Assembly: GCA_965261085.1 (NCBI GenBank)
Contig: OZ253442.1
Location: forward strand, 160,001 to 224,000
Length of the DNA stretch: 64,000 nt
Origin: a bacterium
GTDB lineage: Bacteria > UBA8248
Reading direction: 5' to 3'
The translations under genes and the position numbers were made by a program. This document shows, one piece after another, positions 29,956 to 40,240 of the stretch; the first letter of the stretch is position 1; every line of letters begins with the position of its first letter. Under the pieces are notes generated by a model that was not told where the DNA came from, did no database searches, and saw only the letters and a program-made list of their open reading frames with translations.

Positions 29956-32250
29956 ATGAATCCCGTGCAATTGGACCGCTATATCGACGCCGTTCTGCGC
30001 CATCGGTGGCTGGTCGTCGCGCTCGCCGTATTGGTTGTGCTCATCACGGGAGCGGGCGGGCGCTTCATCAAGACCACGAACGATTACCGCATCATGTTCG
30101 GAGAAAACAATCCGCAACTCGCCGCTTTCAACGCGCTGGAGAAAACCTTCTCCACATCCGACACGGCGCTCATCGCCATCTCGCCCCGAGGGGGTTCGGT
30201 ATTCAACAAAGATGCGCTCGGCGCGCTCGAGGAGTTGACCAATGCCGCGTGGAAGACGCCGCATTCCAGCCGGGTCGACTCCCTCACGAACTATTCCCAC
30301 AGCCGGGCGGAGGGAGATGACCTGATCGTCGATCCGCTCGTCGATGACGCGAGCGCGCTTACAGACGCCGACGTAGCGAGAGTACGGAAAATCGCGCTCA
30401 GCGCCACAGAAATCGCCGGGCGCCTCGTCTCCCGCGACGGACGAGTGGGAGCTCTGGCCGTCACTTTCGTCCTGCCTGAGAACCTCGACGCCGCGGTGCT
30501 CGAAATAAGCGATTATCTGAACGCCGTTCTCAAGAAGGCCCGCGCGAAACATCCAAACATCGCCTATCATCTGACCGGCGACGTCATCATGAATCGCGCC
30601 TTCGCCGACGTCACGAAGGACGACCTCGAAATCCTTACGCCGATCGTGTTCGTCATCATCGTAGCCACCACCATACTCCTCCTGCGCTCCGTGCTCGGCA
30701 CCTTGTCCATCATCATCGCGTTCGTGTTCATCGTCATGAACACCATGGGGGTCGCAGGCTGGCTCGGCACGGTGTTCAGCCCCGCCAATTCCGGTGTCCC
30801 GATCATTATTATGGCGGTTTCCGTCGCCCATTCGGTCCACATCGTCTCGGCCACGCTGATGGGCATGGGCAATGGTCTGGACAGGAACGCGGCGATCGCG
30901 GAATCGTTTCGAGAGAACGTCTGGCCTGTGTTCCTGACCTCGATCACGACCGTGATCGGATTCTTGAGCCTGAACGCCTCGGATTCGCCGCCTTTTCACG
31001 TCCTGGGCAATTTCGTGGCGTTCGGCGTGGTGTGCGCCTTCGTCTACTCCATGACGCTTCTGCCGGCGCTGCTTTCCATCCTGCCGCTGCGCGCGCCGCG
31101 CCGCCGCGCCGGGCGGCCCGCCTTCTTTGATCGCTTCGGCGCTTTCGTCGTCGAACGCCGCACGCCTCTGCTCTGGTTCATCGCCATTCTGACGGTTGTT
31201 CTCATCACCGGCATTCCCCGCAACGAGTTGACCGACAGATGGGCGCACTATTTCGACGAGCGCTACGAGTTCCGGCGCGATACGGACTTCGTCATCAAAA
31301 ACCTGACCGGCGTGGATTCGCTGGAATACGCGCTGAAAGCGGGACGCGAAGGCGGCATCACCGACCCCGCATACCTGAAAAAAGTCGACGCCTTCGCAGA
31401 ATGGTACAGGAAGCAGCCCCAAGTGAGCCACGTGCGGGCCTTCCCGGACATCATGAAGCGCCTGAACAAGAACATGCACGGCGACGATTCGGCCTTCTAC
31501 CGGATACCGGACGACCCCAAACTCGCCGCGCAATATCTGTTGCTCTATGAATTCTCGCTTCCCTTCGGCAGCGACCTCAACAACCGCATCGACATCTCCA
31601 AATCCACGACGCGCATGACCGTCGTGGTCCGCAGCATATCCTCCCGGGACCACCGCGATCTCGACGAGCGCGCGCAAGCCTGGCTCCGCGCCAATTTACC
31701 CGAATTCGCGGCCGAAGCATCGGGCATCAGCATGATCTTCGCCCACCTTTCCCAACGAAACATCCACAGCATGCTGCGCGGCACGATCATCGCCATGGCC
31801 CTTATTTCGTTCATTTTGATACTGGTTTTCAAAAGCGTGCGACTGGGCCTCATCAGCCTCGTGCCCAACTTCCTTCCCGCCGCTATGAGCTTCGGCCTGT
31901 GGGGTCATCTGGTCGGCCGGGTAGGTATTGCCTCCTCGGTCGTCGTCGCCATCGCCTTCGGAATCATCGTGGACGACACGATTCACTTTCTGAGCAAATA
32001 TCTGAAATGCCGCCGTGAGGAGGGTCTATCCCCGCCCGATGCGGTACGCGCCACCTTCAACACCGTAGGTCATGCGCTGTGGACGACGACTGCGGTTTTA
32101 TCGTTGGGCTTTCTGGTGTTTGCTTTCTCGGGATTCGAACTCAGTTGGTCACTCGGCCTTCTGGTCGGGATCACGCTCGTCTTCGCGCTCCTGGCCGATT
32201 TCCTGCTTCTGCCGACTCTGCTGATGGCTCTCGACCGGAAGGAATTATGA
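29956..32250 (+). CDS. MMPL/RND-family transporter (copy 2)
   Basis: Collinear and highly similar to 17985..20375; GIIVDDTIHF. Confidence 0.93.
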   Translation: MNPVQLDRYIDAVLRHRWLVVALAVLVVLITGAGGRFIKTTNDYRIMFGENNPQLAAFNALEKTFSTSDTALIAISPRGGSVFNKDALGALEELTNAAWKTPHSSRVDSLTNYSHSRAEGDDLIVDPLVDDASALTDADVARVRKIALSATEIAGRLVSRDGRVGALAVTFVLPENLDAAVLEISDYLNAVLKKARAKHPNIAYHLTGDVIMNRAFADVTKDDLEILTPIVFVIIVATTILLLRSVLGTLSIIIAFVFIVMNTMGVAGWLGTVFSPANSGVPIIIMAVSVAHSVHIVSATLMGMGNGLDRNAAIAESFRENVWPVFLTSITTVIGFLSLNASDSPPFHVLGNFVAFGVVCAFVYSMTLLPALLSILPLRAPRRRAGRPAFFDRFGAFVVERRTPLLWFIAILTVVLITGIPRNELTDRWAHYFDERYEFRRDTDFVIKNLTGVDSLEYALKAGREGGITDPAYLKKVDAFAEWYRKQPQVSHVRAFPDIMKRLNKNMHGDDSAFYRIPDDPKLAAQYLLLYEFSLPFGSDLNNRIDISKSTTRMTVVVRSISSRDHRDLDERAQAWLRANLPEFAAEASGISMIFAHLSQRNIHSMLRGTIIAMALISFILILVFKSVRLGLISLVPNFLPAAMSFGLWGHLVGRVGIASSVVVAIAFGIIVDDTIHFLSKYLKCRREEGLSPPDAVRATFNTVGHALWTTTAVLSLGFLVFAFSGFELSWSLGLLVGITLVFALLADFLLLPTLLMALDRKEL

Positions 32251-32302
32251 TGCGCGATCGTCTCACCCGCGCGAAGTGAAGGGACTGTAGGGGTCGCAGA
32301 CC

Positions 32303-32645
32303 GGGTTGTTGAAAAAGCCCTCTCCGCCTCATCCTGAGTAGCGGTGAAGCCGCGTATCGAAGGATGCCCTCTCGCCCAGCGCGAGGCGTTCGACTTTCCT
32401 CGCCCTTCGATACGCCGCCTTCGGCGGCTACTCAGGGTGAGGAAAGAGGCGTTGGCGGTTTGCGGGGGTCGGAGACGGGGTTGTTGAAAAAGCCCCCCTG
32501 ACAAGGGGGGTTGGGGGGGGGTTCGAAGGGAATGATGCTTCACCCGCCCCGCTCGCCCTCCCCCGGCTTGAAATCAACCCCCCTGGCCCCCCTTGTCAGG
32601 GGGGTAAAAACGATGCTCTCCCCGGCAAGGAGTTTTTCAACAACC
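32303..32645. mobile_element. Non-coding MITE-like element with nested palindromes
   Basis: GGGTTGTTGAAAAAGCCC at 32303 and 32478, inverted TTTTTCAACAACC at 32633-32645; long hairpins at 32327-32442 and about 32493-32604. Confidence 0.7.
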
Positions 32646-32708
32646 TCGAAGAGGGAGCGATTGTTTCGACTGAGGAAGGAGGAATTCTTCCGAGCGGGGA
32701 GCGATGAA

Positions 32709-35009
32709 TCACGCACGCGCCTTCAAAAGCGCCATAGCGACTCTATCCGGCGTCAAGGGCAAATCACGGAACCGGACGCCCGTGGCGTCGTAAACCGCAT
32801 TGGCGATGGCCGCCGCGGTGGGCACGGTCACCTGCTCGCCGACTCCTTTCGCCCCGTAAGGGCCGTTCGAATAGGAATCCTCCACGATGAGGGACGCCAC
32901 CCGGTCCGGCACGTCCTCCACCGTCGGAGCGAGGTAGCCATGCATGTCGGGGTTTTGCATCAAACCCTCCCGCTGAACGACTTCCTCCATCATGCAAAAG
33001 CCGATGCCCATATACACGCCGCCCTCGATCTGCTGCTCCACACCCATGGGGCTTATCGCCCGGCCCACGTCGTGCGCTGCCCAGACGCCCGTGATCTCCA
33101 CCTCGCCCGTCTCTTCGTCCACCAGCACCTCGGCCACCTGGCTGCCGAACCCGTAGACTTCATACGGCTCGCCCAGGCCCGTTTCCTCGTCAATCTTCGC
33201 AGGCGGCGGAATGCTGTCCGCAGCGGCGATTTGTTTGAGTTCATCGGCGACAAACGCCTTGGCGATTTCAGAAAGGGTGATCCGGGTTTCCTCATGTGAG
33301 CGCGAGCGAATAACGCCGCCTCGCAGTTCCAGATCCTCAGGGTCCGCCTCCAGCAGAATTCCGCCGAGGCGCAACAATTCGACGCGCGCCTTGAGAGAAG
33401 CGTTGTAGACCGCCTTTCCCCCCTGCATGGTGATTCGCGAACTCGAACTGGTGCCACCGAACGGGTCGATGGCGGTATCCACGCTCTCCATCAAAAACTC
33501 CGAATACGGGATATCCAGCGTCTCCGAAGCGATCTGGCAAAGCACCGTCTTGCTCCCCTGGCCGAAATCCACGACCCCGGCGGCCACCTGCACCTTGCCG
33601 TCCGCCCGGAGAAAGACGTGCGCCTCGGCCGGGGAGTAGGCGTTGCCCGTCCCATACAGACAACTCGCCACGCCGCGCCCACGCAAACGGCCATCTTCGT
33701 GTCTCCGGTTTCCATTACCCTCGCTTCCCCAGGATGAGGCCTCCTCCACTTCCTTCAGCGTATCGAGAAAACCGACGCTCTCGGGCAAATGCTGGTTCCA
33801 CGCCGTCCGGGCGCCGACCCGCAGCCCGTTGATGCGCCTGATCTCGATGGGGTCCATGCCCAAAGCCTTGGCGATCTGATCGATTTGCTGCTCGCCCGCG
33901 AAGTGAACCTGCGGACATCCCGGCCCGCGCATCTGGCCTCCGTAGGGATGGTTCGTGTGTACGCAGTGCACGTCCACCTTCGTGTTGGGCACCTGATAGG
34001 GACCGGCGGCATGATAGGTCGCGCGCTTGAACGCGGGCGGGTTATCCCCCCCGTTGGCCGCATACGCCCCCTTGTCCAGCCATACCTCCACCTCAACCGC
34101 CACCAGGCGTCCGTCTTTCGTCGCTCCCGTTTTCGAGCGGATGAACGTGGCGTGACGCTTCGAGGAGGCGATCATGCTTTCTTCGCGCGAATACACGAGC
34201 TTCACCGGCCTGCCAGCGGCATGGGCGAGGGCAGCAGCGCGCAGGCACACATCGAGACTCGCTTCGCTCTTTCCGCCGAAGGCCCCGCCAGTGATCGTCT
34301 GGACGAAACGAACCGAACTCTCGCCCTTGAGCTCCAGCATCCGGGCGACGTTCTGCCGCACCAGAAAGGGCTGTTGGGTCGAGCCCCAGATTTGAATTCC
34401 GCCGCCGGGGTGCGGACTCGCGCAAGCCGCCTCCACCTCGAGATAGAGATGATCGATGGAGGGAGTCGAATATTCACTCTCGACAATCACGTCGGCCTTC
34501 TCGAAGCCGGCGCCGACATCCCCTTTCCGTATCCTGGCCTGGTTCAGGACGTTTCCACCGGAAAAGAGTTTTTCCGCTCCCTTTTGCATCGCCTCGCGCG
34601 GATCGGAGACGACGGGCAGGGGCCGGTATTCGACCTTTATCAGCCGCATCGCCGCCTCGGCCGCCTCGAGCGTCTCCGCCGCGATGAGGGCGACCACCTC
34701 GCCCATGTAGCGCACCCTGTCGTAGGCGATGACGGGCATGGCCCGCTCGTGGGGAATGATGCAGGGATGGTTCGGCAGGTCATCGCCCGTGAGAACGGCG
34801 ACGACGCCTGGGACGCGCAGAGCCTCGCGCGTGTCCACCGAGCGTATCTCGGCATGCGCGTATTCGCTACGAAGCGCCTTGCCCACCAGCATTCCCGGAA
34901 GCTGGAGATCGTCGAGATAATCCGCAGCGCCGGTCGCCTTTTCGGGGGCGTCCAGAAAGGGCAGAGATCCCCCTATTACGGCGCCGCCCATGTCTTTGGC
35001 TTCCGCCAT
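32709..35009 (-). CDS. Xanthine dehydrogenase-family molybdopterin-binding large subunit
   Basis: EKATG.A.Y.DD, LRS.YAHA, GGAFGGK, MRGPGCPQ, DFGQGS, SSSR, AHDVG, GPYGAKGVGE. Confidence 0.93.
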   Translation of the reverse strand: MAEAKDMGGAVIGGSLPFLDAPEKATGAADYLDDLQLPGMLVGKALRSEYAHAEIRSVDTREALRVPGVVAVLTGDDLPNHPCIIPHERAMPVIAYDRVRYMGEVVALIAAETLEAAEAAMRLIKVEYRPLPVVSDPREAMQKGAEKLFSGGNVLNQARIRKGDVGAGFEKADVIVESEYSTPSIDHLYLEVEAACASPHPGGGIQIWGSTQQPFLVRQNVARMLELKGESSVRFVQTITGGAFGGKSEASLDVCLRAAALAHAAGRPVKLVYSREESMIASSKRHATFIRSKTGATKDGRLVAVEVEVWLDKGAYAANGGDNPPAFKRATYHAAGPYQVPNTKVDVHCVHTNHPYGGQMRGPGCPQVHFAGEQQIDQIAKALGMDPIEIRRINGLRVGARTAWNQHLPESVGFLDTLKEVEEASSWGSEGNGNRRHEDGRLRGRGVASCLYGTGNAYSPAEAHVFLRADGKVQVAAGVVDFGQGSKTVLCQIASETLDIPYSEFLMESVDTAIDPFGGTSSSSRITMQGGKAVYNASLKARVELLRLGGILLEADPEDLELRGGVIRSRSHEETRITLSEIAKAFVADELKQIAAADSIPPPAKIDEETGLGEPYEVYGFGSQVAEVLVDEETGEVEITGVWAAHDVGRAISPMGVEQQIEGGVYMGIGFCMMEEVVQREGLMQNPDMHGYLAPTVEDVPDRVASLIVEDSYSNGPYGAKGVGEQVTVPTAAAIANAVYDATGVRFRDLPLTPDRVAMALLKARA

Positions 35010-35557
35010 GGCTTACTCCTGAGTGAAGAAGTGAATCCTAGAAAGTGAGGACCGATGGATGAACCGTCAATCTACATGCCCAGGTGTCGTTTGTCCACGA
35101 AATCGAAGGCTCGACATCGAAGGCTTTCCTCGCTCACCTCTCGATCGGGATTGAACTTTTCTCATCGACCGGGAATGAACCATCATGAGACGACCCCTAT
35201 ATGAGGGACGCATTCCCCCGCATTTGTGGTGGCGAGACAGGGATAGGGCGCGGGTATGGTGACGGGGCGAGCCGGTTTTTTCGGCCCAATCGTTCTGGGG
35301 GCGTGGTGCGGGGTTCGTCGGGTTCTTTCGGCATTCGAGATTCGTCATGGCGAGGCACGCTCGATTCCATAAAGAACGTTGTGGCCCAAAGTCATATCCC
35401 TCCCGCATTTACTATTCTCCCCCAAACTTGTTCAAGCCGGGGGCGAAGAAAGACCCTCCCGGCATCTCCCGAAAAGCCGGGAGTGAAACCATGTATTCGA
35501 GAATGTACGGGAATTTTCCGTTACGTATCGAAAGGCAGGGGACTTTGCTCCGTCAAT

Positions 35558-35692
35558 TCATTCGCCGCCGCGCAACCGGCGGAAACGCGTTTTGGCACTC
35601 GCGAAACTTCTCCGTCCGGCCGCGACCCAGGAGGCGACGCCGGATAGCGCCAGCGCCCCCGCGAGGAGGAACCTCCGTCTGTTCAGGCCCAT
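35558..35692 (-). pseudogene. Truncated Tat-signal ORF remnant
   Basis: GGAGG RBS, then MGLNRRRFLLAGALALSGVASWVAAG; stops after 44 aa. Confidence 0.55.
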
Positions 35693-35773
35693 TCTCCCAC
35701 CTCCAAATCTCCAGGCCCGGAAAGATGAGGAAGGCGAGAGTCCCCTCCCCATCCCTCTCGTTTCATCAAGGAT

Positions 35774-35905
35774 TCATATCTTCTCGATCCTTGCTTTTAC
35801 GTGCTTAAAGTCCACCTGGCCGGATACCGGATCAAAGGCCCGGTGCGTGACAGCGTTGACGAGCCAGCGGTTCTTCTTCGGGTCGGCGTTGAGAGGACGG
35901 GCAGG
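35774..35905 (-). pseudogene. C-terminal remnant of a DMSO-reductase-family molybdopterin oxidoreductase
   Basis: Translates as PARPLNADPKKNRWLVNAVTHRAFDPVSGQVDFKHVKARIEKI*, matching the N.lT..a.DP.S..p.fK...V.IEK end of NapA/Fdh-type domain IV. Confidence 0.7.
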
Positions 35906-36299
35906 AACTGAAAGACGAAGACCCAATGCTCCGACAGGCATTCGCCGGGATGCGCGGGAGTTTTAATTCATCCGCTTTCGGTTTGATTACACGCCGCGGA
36001 AGGCGGATCCCGAACGGGACCGGGAACAATGCAAGTTTCCCAATGATTCCAATGGATAACGGGATTTCATCACAGATGAAGACCGCTCTCTGTCTATGCG
36101 GGCGGAATGTCTCTTTTTCTCTCTGATAGCGACCCAGGGATTTTCTTCCGCAAGCCGATAAGCCTGATGTTTCTGGCCTTGGGCTTGATCTACCTCATCA
36201 TCGTTTTTCTGAAGAGGACTTCCCTGTTGAAGAAGCAGGGTTCCGCCTGATCCCCGTTTTCATTAAAACTGGGGTTTTCCTCCGCCCGCGTCCTGGGAT

Positions 36300-38396
36300 T
36301 CATCGTCCAAGCCGCATGATGATGTTGTCGAACGCATCCCTGGTGACGCCGAAATCGGGGGGAACCAGTATGGTGGCGTCGAACTCCTGGAGGATGAACG
36401 GCCCTTTTGTCATGGTTTCATCGAGCATGGAGCGGTTGATGAGTTTCGCGGCGGCCCATCCCATCTCGGCGCCGAAATAGGCTTGCCGCTCGCCCGTCTT
36501 GGTTTTCAGGATTTCCGGGAACAGGAGCGAGTCGGGGAAACGCGGCGTTTCGGGAACGCCCGTGGCGACCAGGTGGAGGTTCACGAGTTCCACGAGTCCG
36601 TCGCCTCCCCGGTGTCCGTAGGTGCGCTCGTGTTCATCTTCAAAGGCCTCGGAGGCTTGCGCGAGCGCATCGCCGGCCGAGCCGTTCTCGGGCCAGGGAA
36701 TCGACAGCTCATGCGTTTGCCCGTAATAGCGGAGCTCCCCGCGCCTGCGGAGGCGGCATCTCTCGCCCGGGTATCCCTCCCTGGAGAGCAAATCGCGCGC
36801 CTCGACCTCGAGATGCTCCCAACAGGCCTCGACCGACTCCGGGTCGAGTTCGTCCGTTCTTCCCAAAAGGGTTTGGGTGAAGTGGTGCTCCAAATCGGAA
36901 TAAAGGAGACCGAAGGCGGAGAAAATACCCGAAGAAGGGGGAATGACCACTTGGGGGAGTTCCAGTTCTCGCGCCACGGAGGCCGCGAACAGCCCCCCGT
37001 TTCCGCCGAAGGCGAACAGGCTGAAATCACGAGGGTCCTTGCCGCGCTCGGTGGAGACCGAACGAATCGTCCGCGTCATGTTGGACGTCGCGATTTGAAC
37101 GACTCCGTGGGCGAGCGTCGTGATGTCGAGACCCAGAGGCTTCGCCACTTTCTCGCCGAGGGCGCGCTCGGCGGCGGATGAATCGAGCTTCACCGAACCG
37201 CCCGCGATGCCCTCGGAATCGAGATAGCCCAAGAGCAGGCAGCTATCCGTCAGGGTGGGTTCCTCGCCCCCGAGTCCATAACATGCGGGACCGGGACTCG
37301 CACCCGCGCTCTTGGGGCCTACCTGTAGAGCGCCTCCCTTGTCGATCCAGACGATGCTGCCGCCGCCCGCGCCGATCTCCGCGATGTCGAGGGTGGGGGC
37401 GCGCAGAAGGTAGCCCCCGCCGCGCGCGAGGCGGTTCGACTGGGAGAATCCGCCGCCGACCTCGTATTCGGGGGAGTATGTCGTCTCGCCGTTTTCGATG
37501 AGGCTCGCCTTGGCCGTGGTGCCTCCGATGTCCATCGTGATGGCGTTGTTCACGTTAATGCGCCTGGCGAGGTGATGCGCCGCGACGACCCCTGCGGCGG
37601 GTCCTGATTCGATGATGTGAATGGGCTGCGCGCGGGCCACTTCCGCTGTCATGATTCCGCCGTTTGACTGCATGATCAGCAGCGGGGCCGTGAACTCTCT
37701 TTCCCGTAAGCCCGCTTCGAGCGATTCGAGATATTGCTTGACCACCGGCATCACGAAAGCGTTGATGACCGTCGTGCTGGTGCGTTCGTACTCCCTCATT
37801 TCGGGCAGGATGTCCGAGGAAATGGAGGCGTCGACGTCCGGGCTTTCAGCGCGGATGATGTCGTACACGGCGCGCTCGTGCGCGGGATTCGCATAGGAGT
37901 TCAACAGACAGACCGCGATGGATTCCACCCCCTGGCGGGTGAGTTCGGCGATGGCGCTTCGGGCCGATTCCGCGTCCAGGGCTTCGAGCGCCTCGCCCGT
38001 GTGGCTCATTCGCTCACGCACTTCCGCGCGGAGGAACCGCTCCACCAAAGGCGGAGGTTTCGTCCAGTTCAAGTCATACTGGGTGGGGATGCGGATTCGC
38101 CTCAGTTCGAGTACGTCCCGAAAACCCCGGGTCGTGATGAGGCCGGTCAGCGCGCCTTCGCGCTCGATGATGGCGTTGGTGGCCACGGTGGTTCCATGGG
38201 CCACCTCGGTGCAGTCCCCGGCGGATAAGCGGTTCTCCGCCAGCAGATTTTCAAGCGTTTCCAGGATGCCTCGCTCGTAGGCGTCCGTCGTGGAGATGGC
38301 TTTGGCCGTGTGAACGCATCCCTGCTCGTCGATTACAACGATGTCGGTGAACGTACCTCCGATGTCCACCCCGATCCGAAAAGATTGTCCGCTCAT
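36300..38396 (-). CDS. Hydantoinase/oxoprolinase A subunit
   Basis: GVDIGGTFTD, HGTTVATN, ESGPAAG, DIGGTT, GAGGGS. True start is MSGQSF at 38396. Confidence 0.93.
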   Translation of the reverse strand: MSGQSFRIGVDIGGTFTDIVVIDEQGCVHTAKAISTTDAYERGILETLENLLAENRLSAGDCTEVAHGTTVATNAIIEREGALTGLITTRGFRDVLELRRIRIPTQYDLNWTKPPPLVERFLRAEVRERMSHTGEALEALDAESARSAIAELTRQGVESIAVCLLNSYANPAHERAVYDIIRAESPDVDASISSDILPEMREYERTSTTVINAFVMPVVKQYLESLEAGLREREFTAPLLIMQSNGGIMTAEVARAQPIHIIESGPAAGVVAAHHLARRINVNNAITMDIGGTTAKASLIENGETTYSPEYEVGGGFSQSNRLARGGGYLLRAPTLDIAEIGAGGGSIVWIDKGGALQVGPKSAGASPGPACYGLGGEEPTLTDSCLLLGYLDSEGIAGGSVKLDSSAAERALGEKVAKPLGLDITTLAHGVVQIATSNMTRTIRSVSTERGKDPRDFSLFAFGGNGGLFAASVARELELPQVVIPPSSGIFSAFGLLYSDLEHHFTQTLLGRTDELDPESVEACWEHLEVEARDLLSREGYPGERCRLRRRGELRYYGQTHELSIPWPENGSAGDALAQASEAFEDEHERTYGHRGGDGLVELVNLHLVATGVPETPRFPDSLLFPEILKTKTGERQAYFGAEMGWAAAKLINRSMLDETMTKGPFILQEFDATILVPPDFGVTRDAFDNIIMRLGR

Positions 38397-38504
38397 GATC
38401 TCGATTTCTGAAGGCGGAAGCGCCCGTGAATGGCGTCCCACCGTGATGTTATGATAGCTTCCCGCTCTACTTTGATAATTGAACCATCTTGACACGGAGA
38501 ACAC

Positions 38505-40223
38505 ATGCTTGAAAAGCGTCTGGACCCTGTGACGACCTCCGTCGTGGAACGCGGATTGTTCAGCGTGGCCGATGAAATGGCCGCCGTCATCGTTCGTACG
38601 GCCTATTCCCCCCTGGTCCGCGACCTGCTCGATTTCACCGTCGCGCTTTGCAACCCGCGAGGGGAGATGGTGGTTCAGGGCGTGGGAATGGCGATCCACC
38701 TGGGCGCATTGCCGACCGCCGTGGCCGCCATGCTCAAAAAATTCGAGGGAAACCTCCGCCCGGGCGACGCCCTCATCATGAACGACCCCTACGAGGGCGG
38801 TATGCACCTGCCCAACATCGTGATCGTCACGCCGATATTCTGCGCCGATGAATTGATGGGGCATGCGGTCGCCATGGCCCACATGACGGACGTAGGCGGC
38901 CACGTGCCGGGGAGCGTTCCGGTGAACAGCCGGGAGGTTTTCGCCGAGGGTCTCAGGATTCCGCCCCTTTTGCTGGAGCGAGACGGGAGACGCAATGAGA
39001 CACTCATGGCCTTGATTGAGAAAAATTCCCGGCTTCCGAGAGATTTTTTCGGCGACTTAGAAGCCCAGATCACGGCCTGCCGCCTGGGGGAGAGGCGTTT
39101 TTCCGCCCTGGCGCGGCGCTACGGCAACGAGGTGATGCGGGCCGCCATGGCGGGCTTGCTCGACCGCAGCGAGAAGATGGCGCGCGCGGAAATCGCCGCG
39201 ATGCCCGATGGCGTCTACCCTTTTGAGGATTGGCTCGATAATGACGGCATGGATGGCGGGCCGCAGCGCCTTTTCGTTACCGTCACGATAGACGGGGATA
39301 ACCTGACCGCCGATTTCACGGGCACGGATTTACAGGCCCCCACCGCCATCAACTCTCCTCTCGCATATTCGCGCTCGGCGTTCTATCTGGCGGTGCGCTC
39401 CATCATGAACCAGGAAATTCCCAACACGGCGGGTTTTTTCCGGCCGCTTCGGCTCGTGGCGCCGGAGGGAACGCTCGTTCACCCCAGCTTCCCGGCGGCC
39501 GTGGGCGCGATGGGCGTGGTGGGCTACCGGGTGGCGGATTGTGTTTTCGGCGCTCTGGGGCAGGCGGCTCCGCATCTGGTAAGGGCGGCGAGCGAGGGCG
39601 GCACCACGCGCTATACGGTGGGCGCGACGAAAAAAGGCGCGCCCAGCATACTCAGCGAAGCGCTCGTCGGCGCCTGGGGCGGTCATCCTCACATGGACGG
39701 CATCGACGGCGTGGCGAACGTCGCCGCCAACATGGCGAACTCGCCCATCGAGATGGTGGAGAGCACCTATCCGGTATTGGTGGAGGAATACGGCTACGAG
39801 CCCAATTCGGAGGGCGCAGGGAAGTTTCGGGGCGGTCTGGGCGTGCGGCGCAAGATTCGCATTCTCGCGCCCGAGGGCGGAGTGCTCCAGGTTCGCTCAG
39901 GAAGGGCGGAACACGCCCCGTGGGGGCTTCACGGCGGTCACGACGGCACCATCTGCCAGAATGTTCTCGACCCCGACACCCCGAACGAGAAGCGTCTCAA
40001 GGGAAACGAGACGATTCACGTACCCGAAGGAACGGTGTATGTCCACGTCACTCCCGGAGCGGGAGGGCACGGTCCGCCGCAGGAGCGTGAACCGGCTCTG
40101 GTGGCTCTCGACGTGCGGGACGGGAAAATCTCCGTCCAGCGCGCGCGGGAGGTCTACAGGGTCGCGGTCGATGAAGCGGGTGCGCTCGATGAAGCCTCGA
40201 CGATGAAACTGCGCGAAGCGTAA
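38505..40223 (+). CDS. Hydantoinase/oxoprolinase B subunit
   Basis: RTAYSP, IHLG, NDPYEGGMHLPN, AHMTDVGG.VPGS, EGLRIPP, GAGKFRGG. Confidence 0.93.
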   Translation: MLEKRLDPVTTSVVERGLFSVADEMAAVIVRTAYSPLVRDLLDFTVALCNPRGEMVVQGVGMAIHLGALPTAVAAMLKKFEGNLRPGDALIMNDPYEGGMHLPNIVIVTPIFCADELMGHAVAMAHMTDVGGHVPGSVPVNSREVFAEGLRIPPLLLERDGRRNETLMALIEKNSRLPRDFFGDLEAQITACRLGERRFSALARRYGNEVMRAAMAGLLDRSEKMARAEIAAMPDGVYPFEDWLDNDGMDGGPQRLFVTVTIDGDNLTADFTGTDLQAPTAINSPLAYSRSAFYLAVRSIMNQEIPNTAGFFRPLRLVAPEGTLVHPSFPAAVGAMGVVGYRVADCVFGALGQAAPHLVRAASEGGTTRYTVGATKKGAPSILSEALVGAWGGHPHMDGIDGVANVAANMANSPIEMVESTYPVLVEEYGYEPNSEGAGKFRGGLGVRRKIRILAPEGGVLQVRSGRAEHAPWGLHGGHDGTICQNVLDPDTPNEKRLKGNETIHVPEGTVYVHVTPGAGGHGPPQEREPALVALDVRDGKISVQRAREVYRVAVDEAGALDEASTMKLREA

Positions 40224-40240
40224 AGATTCAAGGCGCGCTG

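Noticed and set aside
36300-38903. 867-aa hydantoinase A with a long N-terminal extension
   Set aside because: The extension is the antisense of the B gene; homology starts at MSGQSF (38396).
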